From: Basidiobolus meristosporus CBS 931.73
Taxonomy: Eukaryota > Fungi > Basidiobolomycota
Assembly (NCBI GenBank): GCA_002104905.1
Contig: MCFE01000187.1
Span: 1 to 64,000 of the forward strand
Reading direction: 5' to 3'
DNA: 64,000 nt
Within the stretch, counting starts at the first letter, position 1. Each line of letters opens with the position of its first letter. Shown here one piece after another: positions 11,063 to 23,900 of the stretch. The translations under genes and the position numbers were made by a program. The notes under the pieces were generated by a model. The model worked only from the letters and a program-made list of their open reading frames with translations. It was not told the DNA's origin and ran no database searches.

Positions 11063-14000
11063 ATGAACTCACCTAAGGCTGGCGTCTGTCAATTCCCACA
11101 TTTGCTAAATGGTGATTCCAAGCACAACACTGCTGTGGTTGGATTTCTTGTTAGTGACTTCAAGGAACTTAATGTGAGCACTATACACAAGCATATCCAT
11201 CTAAGTGGGATTAGCGGCATTGAAAAAGCCCTACTCTACGCTACTTGGACGGTCATGCTGAGCCTGTACACTGGGAACTCAGAGATTACTTTTGGTACAG
11301 GCTTTTTTCATCATCAAACATCGAAGTCACTGTTGGAGGACTTGCACCTCTTCCAGTCAACTTATGATCAAGAAATCGCCAAGCTAAATGTTAGCTGCTG
11401 GTTGAGGCAACTGGCACTTACCCAAACTACGGCTTCTCACGACATTGACGACTTGAATATCCAAGATACCAGTAATTTTAACACGTGTGTCATCTTCTCA
11501 GATCAACAAGGTTCCATAGATACCCACAATCTTAAGGTAATTCATTGCAAATGCGTAGACTCAATTGCCGATGCTAAAGTTCTCCACTTTGATAAGCGAT
11601 ATGCCATATACCTAGAAGTATACCAAAAAGAAGGGAACATTGCTTTCCGCATGTCCTTTGCAAATAACTACCTTGATCAAGACCAGGGAATATTACTTTT
11701 CAACCAGTTTATCTATATTGCTAAAACACTGCTTAACAATCTTGATGCACCCTTGAATACTCTCAATTGGACTCCTGAAAACGAAAAACACTTATTCTTG
11801 ACTGAATGGCAGCAAGGCAAGCCGAATTATGTTCAAGTACTTGATGATAGCTGCATCCATCATCTGATTGAGGAGCAAGTCAAGAGGACACCAAATAGTA
11901 TCGCCCTTCAATTCGAGGACAAAGATTTGGTCACATACTCAGAGTTGAACAAACGGGCCAATAAGCTTGCTCATACGCTGATCCAGATTGGTGTACAACC
12001 CGACAACGTGGTACCAGTATGCATCGAGAAATCCATCCATATGGTGGTTGCTATCCTGGCGGTCCTTAAGGCCGGGGCTGCCTATGTGCCCCTCGATCCT
12101 GAATACCCAAAAGATCGGATTCATTTCATCATACGAGATACAAATGCTAGTGTTTGTATCACCACAAGCAATTTGCAGAGGATGTTTGCTGAGGGACAAA
12201 CCCTTCGATCGCTGACGGTGGATGAGTTCGATTTCTGTGGTGACGAGCGGTCCGAGTTGAACCCCGTCATCCCTGGGTTGAAGTCCTCAAATCTTTGCTA
12301 CCTAATCTTCACCTCAGGCTCCACCGGAAAGCCCAAAGGTGTTATGCTAGAACACCGTTGCGTCGTCAATTACGTAGCTGCTCACCAGAAGATTCTGGAT
12401 TTGTCCCAGGATGACCGGTTCCTCCAGTTCGCCAACTACACCTTTGATGCGTCCATACTTGATCTGTTCGTGAATCTGACCACTGGATCCCGTCTATGCT
12501 TGGCATCGAAGAACAATTTGCTCACAGATCTCCCCGGAATGATGAACCTGATGAAGGTTACTGCAGCACAGCTGACCACAACCGTGGCTTCCCTGGTGGA
12601 TCCGAGCTCCGTGCCTACGCTCAAGCTACTTCAGCAAGGAGGTGAGATGCTCACCAAATCCGTAAGGGATGCTTGGGCCAGCAAAGTCAAGTTGCATAAT
12701 GGCTACGGCCCGACCGAAACCGCAGTCTACACCATCATCAAGCAGTCATTGAAGCCATCGACCTCCTGTGCCAATATCGGGTGGCCCATTGGCCGCAGCA
12801 AAGTTCTCATCCTGAATGATAGGTTGGAGCTGATCCCATTGGGGGCAGTGGGTGAGCTTTGCATTGGTGGACCACAGCTTGCTCGAGGATATCTCAATCG
12901 ACCTGATCTGACGGAAAAGAGCTTCGTCAGCTCCCCATTCAATCATGGCGAACGACTGTACAGAACAGGGGATCTGGGAAGATTCAACCCCGATGGCTCG
13001 ATCACCATCCTTGGGCGGAAGGATAATCAAGTCAAGTTGAACGGGCTGAGAATAGAAATAGAGGAAATAGAGCATGTATTGAACCAATTCCCAGAGGTTA
13101 GCCGCGTATCGGTCAGACTGTTGAATCGGAAGTCGAAGACATCCAAGGTGAGTAAAGTGCTGGTGGCTTTTGTAACTTTCGTCAACAAAATGTCGGATGA
13201 AGAGTCAGTATCTGTTCTTGAGTTGACAAGCTGCCCAGAAGTGGGTCAAGTACAAGAGTCTGTTCGAAAACAGCTTCCACCATATATGGTGCCCACAGTG
13301 TGGGTGCCGTTGACAAAAATGCCCATCAATACTAGCGGAAAGACCGACTTGAAGACTTTGGAACTCTTGTACACAAGCCTCGAAACTGCTCAAGACGTCA
13401 AAGAGGCCAAAGACATGCCCACCTCCGCGATGGAAGTGCTACTGCAAGAGGCTTGGGGTGAGGTGTTGAATGTTGAAAAGTCTTCAATCGGCACTGGTGA
13501 CTCCTTCTATCATTTGGGGGGCGACTCGATCTCCGCCATCCAAATATCCGCCCAATGCCGTCAAAATGGGGTGGAGGTGTCTGTGCAGAGCATATTGCAA
13601 CACCCCACCATCCGTCAGCTGGCAAACTATGCTCGGTTCACGACATTGGCGCTAGAGAAGCAGAGCATAGAGGAGGATGAGGAGGAGGATTGGAGTGACA
13701 TTCCGTTCACCCCAATCCAGCACCAGTTCTTTGGTGTCACCCAGCCTGAAGTCAATCACTTCCATTTGTCGTGGTTGGTGAGTGTCAGGCATCCAATCGA
13801 GCTACCTGCACTGAGAGGTGCGCTATTTGAGCTGATTGGCCATCACGATATGCTCAGGACTCGTTTCACCCAAGAACTAGGTCGCTGGAGACAATGGCTG
13901 GCTTCCAATGAACAGACTAATTTCGAGGTGCAGCGGCATCGAGTCTCTGGTGTTGAAGAGCTGAAGTCGAGTGTACTGAAAACACAACGAAGCCTCAACG

Positions 14001-14990
14001 TTGAGACCGGGCCAGTATCATCGTTTGTGATCTACGATCTACCATCCGGTGAGCAGCTGCTATTCATGACCATCCATCATTACATCATTGATCTTGTTTC
14101 GTGGCGTATCTTTTGGGAGGATCTGGAAAAGCTGCTGAGCGGACAGTCCTTGTCATACAAAACACTGTCATTCAGAAAGTGGAGCAGGCTGCTACAAAAG
14201 CACGCAGAGTCCTTGACGAGTGAGGACTGGCCGCAACAAGCGCCAATCGAGCCGTTGGATATTGATATGTCCAAGCTTTCTCTGAATACCATGGAAACGG
14301 TAGAAACATCATCGTTCACGCTGGATAGTGAGCACACTGCCCTCATGTTCGGTAGAAGCAATGATGCTTACGGGACGGAGGCCGTTGACTTCATGCTTGC
14401 CACTCTCGCCACCTCATACTGTGATGTGTTCCAGACCGATTCGATTACCTTTGCAACGGAAGGTCACGGACGTGAGCCATGGGATGACTCCATCGATGTG
14501 TCCCGGACAATTGGATGGTTTACCTCCATTTATCCAGTCACCATCCAGCGCAAGCGTGGGGATTCTCTGATTGACGTATTGAAGCAGACTAAAGATACCC
14601 GTCGAGCAATTCCTAACCACGGATTGGACTATGGACTTCTTCGCTATCTAAACTCGGAGCTATCCTCTAAATATAGTAGCGATCGCTTCCAGGTTGGCTT
14701 CAATTATTTTGGACGCTTCCAGCATCTGGAGAAGGGTCGCTCTCTGTTCCAGCAAGCTGCGGAGCAGTACACGTTCGATTTGAATATGATTGGTCCCAAG
14801 TGGAGAAGAATGAATGCTATCGAGGTTGAGGTCACCGTACAACGTGACAATCTGAGTGCCTCGATATCTTACAGCAACCAACTACATAATGAGAAGCAGA
14901 TCAACCAATGGCTGCAGGCATGGAAGAGGGACTTGATGGAGGCAGTCCAGATTAGTGGCAACAAGAAGAAGAGAGAACTGACCGTCTCAG
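11063..14990 (+). other. NRPS1 partial starter C domain plus module 1 (A1-T1-E1); boundaries approximate
   Basis: T1 Ser codon at 13526; E1 HHYIIDLVSW at 14075 and EGHGRE; A1 code read by eye D-A-L-Q-Q-G-G-V-Y-K. Confidence 0.85.
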
Positions 14991-17900
14991 ACATCCCGTT
15001 GCTCTGCCTCAATGCTCATCAATTGCACGGACTGTTGGAAGAGGTTGCTGCAAAATATGGCGAAGAGTTTGTGCAAAACATAGAGGACATGTATCCCTGT
15101 TGCGCAATGCAGGAGGGCCTGATCGTCGGGAATGCCCGCTCAGCCTCATCGTATCATGTTCAAGATGTGTACACTCTGCCGGATGGAGTGGACGAGGAAC
15201 AACTACTCTCAGCCTGGAGATCCACAGTCAATGATCTACCCATACTGCGCACCGTGTTTATCGAGAATTCTTACTCCTCACCCACGTTAGGAGCATATCT
15301 CCAAGTCGTTCTGCGACATGTTGATGTCGATTTCCAGCGCATATATCCAGAGAGTCAGGATATCGAAGATGCTGCACTGAACAAATATCTGGAAGCTGAT
15401 GTAGCCAAAGGATTTCCGCTTGGCCGGCCCAACATACGATTATGCTTGATACAGGGTGAGAAGAATCGGATGATTATCAGTCGTCATCATGCTATCAATG
15501 ATGGTTGGTCGGACAAAATCACCATGGCCTACTTGGAAGCCGTCTTTAACAGTACTTCAAGGCCAGCAGTGATCCCATACAAGGAGTATATCTCCTATTG
15601 CGTTAAGCAGAATGGCTCATTGAGCAACGAAGAGGGTGCTGAGTACTGGTCAACCTATCTAGCCGGTATTGATGCCAGCATCTTTCCTAAGCTTGGTGAG
15701 ACAAATGCCCGTGCTGGTCATCACCAAGTTGTGTTCAGATCACAAATTCCCATGCAGGTGCTGAAGGACTTTTCGAAGAAGGCCGGTGTAACCACGCTTA
15801 CCTTATTACAGGCAGCTTGGGGAATGATATTGCAGCCCTACTATGGAAAGGAGGACTTTGTGTATGGCGTGCTCACGAATGGCCGCAATATTTCCATGAA
15901 GCAGATCAATCACGTAGTTGGTCCGTGCATCAACACCACCCCATTAAGGATTCAGTGTCATCCAAGCACCAAGATCATGGATTGGCTAAGATCACTGCAT
16001 CAAAGCATGGTGGCCCGGATTCCATACGAGCATTGTGGTCTAAGACTGATCAAGCAATGGTGCAAACAGAGGAATTCCCAGGTCGGTTTTGATGCTATTC
16101 TCAACTTTCAGTTGTCCGAGAAAGATGATGCAAGGCAAAAGGTGACCTTCGAAATGGAGAGAATAATCGAGCCCACTGAGTATAGGCTTTGTCTTAACGC
16201 ATGGAAAGAAGGGGATAAGCTCGCCTTCAGGTTGGACTTTGACAATGCTACACTGACCAGCCACCTGGCCAATCATTTACTAGATCGCTTGGATGCTGTG
16301 ATTGGTGGCATTGTTGTTGCTGATGGTGAATCCACCGTTGCTGACATTCCATATATGTCAAATGTGGAAAGCAGCTTGATCCAGTCATTCGCTACTGGTT
16401 GCAATCAAGTCGATCCCACGTTGGAATGTTTGCACCACTTATTTGAAAAGCAGGTGGCAAAGACACCCAACAACATTGCCATCCGCTATGGAAATGATTT
16501 GCTTCTTACCTACAATGACCTTAACAAGCAATCGAATCGGTTGGCCCACTACCTGGTTAGTCAAGGAGTTGGGCCAGAGTCAATTGTGATGTTGTGTCTG
16601 GACAAATCGGTAGAAATGATAGTGGCTATGCTGGGAGTGCTCAAAGCTGGAGGCGCGTACGTACCAATAGACCCAGCAAGTCCTGTTGAGAGATCGAGAT
16701 TCGTGCAGAAGGAGACAGAGGCATCAATTGCTATTACAACAAACTCGCACAAAGAGAGATTCGAATACATCACTCTGGTGTTAATTGACAGCGAGATGAG
16801 TGCATTCCGTAACTACTCCTCTGAAAATCTGGATAGGAGCGAGATCACCGAAAAGAATCTGTGCTACGTGTTGTACACCTCAGGTTCTACCGGGACACCG
16901 AAAGGCGTGATGTTGGAACATTTAGCCGTTGTGAATTTCATTCATGCCATTAATGAAGTGTGCCAGCTCACTTACAGCGATACTTTTCTCCAATTCGCCA
17001 ACTACACATTCGATGCTTCAGTATTCGAGATATATGCCCCACTTGCAGTGGGTGCATCAGTAGGGATGATTCGGATGGATCACCTGCTGGCGAATCTAGA
17101 AGAATGGATCGACAAGCTCAAGGTCACCTTTCTGATGCTGACACCAACGATTGCCACAATGATTGATCCGCTCAAAGTACCTTCAATTAGGCGGATCCTT
17201 TTGGGTGGAGAAATGATGACCACTACAGTTCGAAACATATGGCTACCCCATGTGGAGATCAACAACGCCTATGGCCCAACGGAATCGGCTGTTATGATGA
17301 CCATCAATCCTAAAGTACACTCAGACACATCGTGCGCAAACATCGGAAGGGCTGTTGGCAACAATAGAATCTATGTTCTTGGAGCTGATCACCGCCCGGT
17401 TCCGCTTGGAGTTGTTGGGGAACTCTGCGTTGCTGGACCACAATTAGCTCGAGGCTATCTCAACAGATCCGATCTAACCGAGAAGGTATTTGTGACTGGT
17501 CCTTTTGTGTCTGAGCAACGCCTTTACAGAAGCGGAGATCTTGCTCGATTCAATGTCGATGGGACAGTGGAACTTATTGGAAGAATAGACAATCAGGTCA
17601 AGATACACGGGTTGCGAATTGAGTTGGACGAGATAGAGCATGTGCTCCACGAACACTCCAGAGTGGCCAGAGCTTGTGTGATCCCCTTGGTCACTGACCA
17701 GAGTACTAGTCATAAATCTTTGGCTGCTTTCATTACCTTTCATGGACTAGTTGACAATAGCCTGCCTATATGCACGCCTGGCGGACCAAAGAGTGAATTG
17801 TTCTCTTCGTATGTCAAGGAGGCCAGATTAATCGCTCGAAAGAAGCTACCTTCGTACATGGTACCAACTATTTGGATTCCACTTAATAGAATGCCATTTA

Positions 17901-20900
17901 CGACGAGCGAAAAGATCGATCGGAAACACTTGAAATCGTTGTATGCCAGCCTAAGTGCTCATAATCTGAGGCTACTCAATCTTGCTGATGATACTGGCCA
18001 TGCCGGAGCTAGGTCCGATTTGGAGGAAACCTGGGTCAAGCTCTGGTCATCAGTCCTCAATGTTCCATCTGTTGCTATAGGGATTCATGATTCATTCTTT
18101 AATATCGGTGGTGATTCGATCTTGGCTGTACGGCTGGTGGGCGCTGCTCGAAAGGCCCGATTTGCACTAACAGTGCAGGATCTATACACTCATCCAACCA
18201 TTGCTGAGATTGCCGAGAATATTTTTCCGATCGGTTCCGATGGTGTTGAGCCCAAATCAATCGAAAAGTATTCCCTGTTGAGCCTGGAACAATATCAGTT
18301 TGACGAGTTAGTTGAGTGTGATCTCTCTCAGCACGGGATTGATATTGAGGAGGTGGAGGATATATATCCTTGCTCGCCAATGCAAGAGGCTCTAGTAGCG
18401 CTAAGTTTCAAAGATGACTCCAGCTATCTAACCCAGCAGGTGTACAAATGCGGGCCTAATGCTGACATCAAGAAACTTCAGTCCGCTTGGAGGTCAGTGA
18501 TTGAGATAAATCCTATACTTCGGACAGTTATTCTGTTCACGAATAGTGGCTTCAATCATTTGAACGGTTTACAAGTCGTAGTTAGTAACAGCAATGTTGA
18601 CTGGCATGTTCAGGATTTCGAAGATGAAAGGTCGCTTGAAGAGCATCTACCCAAGGTTTTATTAGAGGATAAAGCGCGAGGAATATCTGCCGGAAAGCCA
18701 TTGATTCGGTTCAAGATTCTGACCACTGTGGGCAAAGCAGCATACTTCATATGGACAATCCATCACGCCCTGTACGACGGCTGGTCTATGGGTCAAATAG
18801 TCGCCGACGTGAATGCCGCCTACCAAGGCCTTGGTATGGCTATACGCCCTAATTATAGTCTGTATATCGATTATTTGCTGAGTCAAGATAAGCAACAGGC
18901 TCTACACTATTGGTCGGAAACACTTCGATCAGCGCAAGTTACTCACTTGGCTAGATCAACTGCCCATCATCAGTCCATTCATTCACGAGCCAGATACATC
19001 GAAAATCTTCATATTGATTTTACCACAGTTACTGGTGTCTATAACATAACAGCAGCTACCATCGCATACCTGGCATGGGCGCTTGTGCTGAAATCACATA
19101 CTGGTAATCCAGATGTGATATTTGGCGTAGTGAATTCCGGAAGAGATGCTCCCCTACGAGATATACAAGATATTTGCGGGCCTTGTATCAATACACTCCC
19201 GATGCGGATCACTCTCTCTGACAATCTGTCGCTTTTAGACACGTTGCTATCCATTCAGAATACTCAAAATCAACAGTATCAGTATCAGTCCATCGGCCTT
19301 CAAGATATTCTTAAACACTGCTGTGACAGTGGAGAAAGCGCATTGTTCGATTCCCTATTTGTCGTTCAAAATTTCCGCGATGAAGATGCCACTGTAGACC
19401 TCTCGACTATTGGACTACATCAGTCGGAAGCAACTATGCATATTGCCTACCCTGTAGTGATGGAGATTAGCACTAAGGGAGCTTCTTGCGAGGTTAGCCT
19501 CACGTACGATGCGCAGGCAGTGACTATGTTTGAAGCATCATGGATAGTTAAGCACTTTATTGCAGCGATTGACGTTGTAATCAATAAGTTCCACAGCATT
19601 GTTAGAGATGTGAATATTATCACTTCAGAGGAACTTCGCCTGTTGGAAAGCTGGAATGGCTCTAAGGATACTGTACAACAATCATGTTGTATTCATGAGC
19701 TGTTTGAGCGAAGAACAATAATTCATCCCGATCAGCTAGCAGTTCAATACGAAAACTCCGAAAGTATCACTTACAGTGAGTTAAATATGAAGGCCAACCA
19801 GTTAGCCCACCATCTGATTAAGCTTGGAGTTCGCCCTGACTCGATCGTTCCATTATGTCTCGACAAGTCGATCTCAATGATCGTGGCAATGCTTGCCGTT
19901 CTCAAAGCAGGCGGTGCCTATGTTCCTCTTGATCCGAACAATCCTGTGGAGCGGAACAGATTCATTATTCAGGAGACAAAGGCGGAGGTGGTGTTGACAC
20001 TGGGTCAATATACACAGTACTTCGATGAACGATCCCTGGCTTTGCTCGACATTGAAAACCTGTCGCTGAAACAGTATGACACCACTAACCCGGAAGTGAG
20101 TGGGCTAAATGAGTCGAACCTGTGCTATGTGATCTACACCTCAGGTTCTACAGGGAAACCAAAGGGAGTAATGATGGAGCATCGTGGTGTCTCAAGCTTC
20201 GTTCAGGCATTTAGCCGTGCGTGGGGAATCAACAACGAGGATTCAGTTTTACAATTCGCCAATTATACATTTGATGCGTCAGTTATCGAGATTTTCTGCG
20301 CATTGACCTCGGGAGCAAGTATATCGCTCGCCTCGAAAGATAAACTGCTATTCGATATAGAAATGTGCATAAACACAATGGGTGTGACAACTCTAATGCT
20401 CACGCCAACTATAGCAACATTAATTGACCCTATCAGGGTGCCATCAGTTAAGCGACTCGTGCTGGGGGGTGAAATGATGACTACAGCAGTTCGCGACTTA
20501 TGGTCACCCCATGCCGAGCTTTGTAACGCATATGGTCCAACTGAAGCTGCTGTGGCTATTCTTGCCAATTGGGATATAGCTGCAGATACCATGTGCACGA
20601 ATATTGGTAAGCCAATCGGAAGTAACAAGATTCTAATTATGGGGCCTGACTTACATCCTGTTCCATTGGGTGTGTTGGGAGAGTTGTGTGTTTCAGGCCC
20701 TCAGCTTGCTCGCGGATACCTCAACAGATGCGACTTGACCGAGAAAGTCTTCGTTTCAAGTCCTTTCGTGTCCAACGAGCGCATATACCGAACTGGAGAC
20801 CTGGCTCGGTTCAATGCTGATGGCTCGGTAGAACTGATGGGAAGAATCGACAACCAGATCAAGATCAATGGTTTGCGAATCGAGCTAGATGAGATCGAGC

Positions 20901-23900
20901 ATGCTCTCCATGACCACTCAAGAGTGGCCAGAGCGTGTGTGATGGCTCTGATCACTGACCAGAAGACCAGTCGTAAGTCGCTGGTGGCCTTCATGACATT
21001 CCAGGGGCTGGAGATGGCTCATGCTGATCCCAAGTTCTTGAGTGAGCTTGAGGCCGAGCCCGCCTATGAATACATCGAGGAGCTGAAGGTTATTTGCCAG
21101 AAGAAATTACCTACATACATGGTCCCCAATCTATGGCTACCGCTCAGCACTATGCCAGTCAATACTAGTGGGAAGATTGACCGCCGCAAGTTGTCAGATC
21201 TCTTCGTATCCTCGAACCTCGATGAGATCACAAGACTGTCCAAGTGTGGAAACGGACAGCGGAGACAACTCACAACACCCTTGGAGGTGAAGATCCAGGC
21301 GATATGGTCGGAGACGCTGAACATTCCGGCCGCCAGCATCACTGCCGATGACACATTCTATCAGCTAGGCGGTGACTCCATTTCAGCCATTCGAGTTTCG
21401 TCACTCTGTCGTCAGAGTGGGATCTCACTCTCGGTGAAGCAGATCATGCAAAACCCCACCATCCGTTCGCTTGCCTCAGTTGCCACCATCCAGGAAGCTG
21501 TTGCCGACGAGTCTCCTCAGTGCTCCGATGGCGATGTTATCCTCACGCCAATCCAGAGACGCTTTCTGGGAGCCCCTCAGGATAACATGCATCACTTCAA
21601 TCAATCGTGGCTTCTGAAATTACGGGAACCTACGACGAAGGAGGTACTCACCCGAGCAATCTTTGCCTTGGCAAAGCATCACGACGTGCTTCGTGGTCGA
21701 TTCCCAGAGACCCAAGGGGAACGGAGGATGACAGTCGTGCCGATGAACGAGGTCTCCTTGCAAGTCCACCACCGCCAGGTGAGATCAGTTGCAGAGCTGA
21801 AGGAGCACACCCATCAGCTGCAACGAAGTCTCAACTTGGCCACTGGACCCATGTTCCATTTCTCACTGTATGAGCTGGAAGATGGATCCCAGCTACTGTT
21901 CATGACCATCCACCATCTAATCGTTGATCTGGTGTCATGGCGCATCATATGGGAAGACTTGGAGCAGCTGCTTCAGGGCAAGGGATGTGGGTACAAGTCG
22001 ATGAGCTTCATGCAATGGAGTGCCATGCTCAACGAGTACGCCCAAGAGCTAGAGATTGACATGTGGCCGTCTCAGAAGGTTTCTGAGCCGATAGTGAGTG
22101 ATGCATCTCTCCTGGCACAGAACACATTTGAATCCACCAGATCCGTCTCCTTCACCTTGTTGGCCACCCAGACCGAAAAGCTCTTTGGCAAGTGTAACCT
22201 TCCATTCCAGACCGAAGCGACTGACCTGATGATCTCCTCGCTAGCCATTGCTTACTGCAAGGTATTCAATGTAGATAGCATGACCATCGGCATGGAGGGG
22301 CACGGAAGAGAGACCTGGCGTGATGGGATTGATGTGTCGAGAACTGTCGGCTGGTTCACCACACTCTACCCATTCGTCGTGGAGATAGCTCATCGCTCGG
22401 ATCACTTGAGTATTCTGAAGAGAGTCAAGGATCAGCGCAAACTGATGCCAGGGAATGGTATTGTCTATGGACTACTCCGGTACTTGAGCAACAAGCCTGA
22501 CAATCCATTCAGGGATGATGTGATCCAGATTGGGTTCAACTACCTTGGCCGTTTCCAGCAACTGGAGAGTAAGAACTCATTCTTTGAGCCGGTCGGAGCT
22601 CCTTATAACTTTGATATCGCCAGTATAAGTAACAAATGGATCAGAGATCATGTCTTTGACATTGTTGCTAATGTTGTTCATGACAGTTTCACAGCTGGAA
22701 TCACTTACAATCCCAACTTGCACTCGGATGAAATCGTATCGGAATGGCTTTCTGCATGGAAGGACTCGCTCAACACTTTGATCGACAGTTGTGCCTCAAT
22801 GGATGATGTGGAGCACACCCGAAGTGATTTCCCGCTAGTGAAATTCAGTGAAGCAGAGTTCGACCTGTTCTACAATCAAAACCTGCCAAATATCGGAGTC
22901 GAGCGTAATCTCATTGAAGATATTCTACCATGCACCCCGTTGCAGGAAGGACTGATAGCTGGTATGTTCAAGGATGCCAATTACTACCATGTTCAGCAAC
23001 AGTTTGAGATTACTGGTGACTTCGACCGGACAAGATTCCTAAACACATGGGGTATTATCATTCGAGATCACCCTATTCTCAGAACCATTTTTGTCGAATC
23101 CATGGTCAGTATTTCAAAGTACAATTTCCTTCAAGTCGTGATGAAGGGATTTACTCCATCCTGGTCATATTTGAGCTGCGCAAATAACTCTGTCGAGGAA
23201 GAAATTTCGTTATACTTTGCTGAAGATAAGAAGAATTCGTTCCAACTTGGACTGCCCAATATCCGTCTTGGCCTGCTAGAAGCAGACGGGGGGCAGAGGT
23301 TCTTACTTGTTAGTTGGCATCATGCCATATTGGATGCTACATCGTGGGACCTGGTTCTTCAAGACTATTACGATATTTATCATCAACAATTACGTGCCGA
23401 GACATATCCGTTTGCAAGATATGTGTCGGAGATATATGGCAAATCCTCGGATGAAGTAGACGCTGAGAAGGCGTACTGGCAGCGGAAATTTTCACAGCTC
23501 AGTAGAGCACAGTTCCCTAATCTTGGTGCTTGTAAAGGTTCTGACCCATCGACGAATCGTGCTTCTGGTTCAATCTCAATTCCAGTAGATAGAATTTCAA
23601 GGTTTGCTCAGCAGCAGAAAGTTACCATCTTTACTCTTATCAAAGCTACGTGGGCTATTCTGCTTCGAGAATATACGCAAAGCGAGGATGTAGTGTTTGG
23701 ATATGTCGTCAATGGGAGAAGTGGAGAGCTTGATGGTGTTTCAACTATTATTGGGCCTTGTATCAACACACTTCCGAATCGCACACAGTGTAATGGTGAA
23801 ACCACCATTGCTGAATGGCTCCTGCAAATACAAGAAGACTCCTCGTCAGTACTAACTTATCAGCACAGTAGTTTGCGTCAAATTCAAGAGTGGGCCGGTG

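Noticed and set aside
11019-11066. 15-codon upstream ORF whose TGA overlaps the NRPS1 ATG
   Set aside because: Its ATG is only 4 nt after the TATA box, probably upstream of the transcription start, and it is not conserved in NRPS2
11537-11579. Possible small intron after LK in the starter C domain (GTAATT...TAAAG), with a similar GT...AG in NRPS2
   Set aside because: Removal of 43 or 46 nt would shift the frame, whereas both genes read through in frame into conserved VLHFDK
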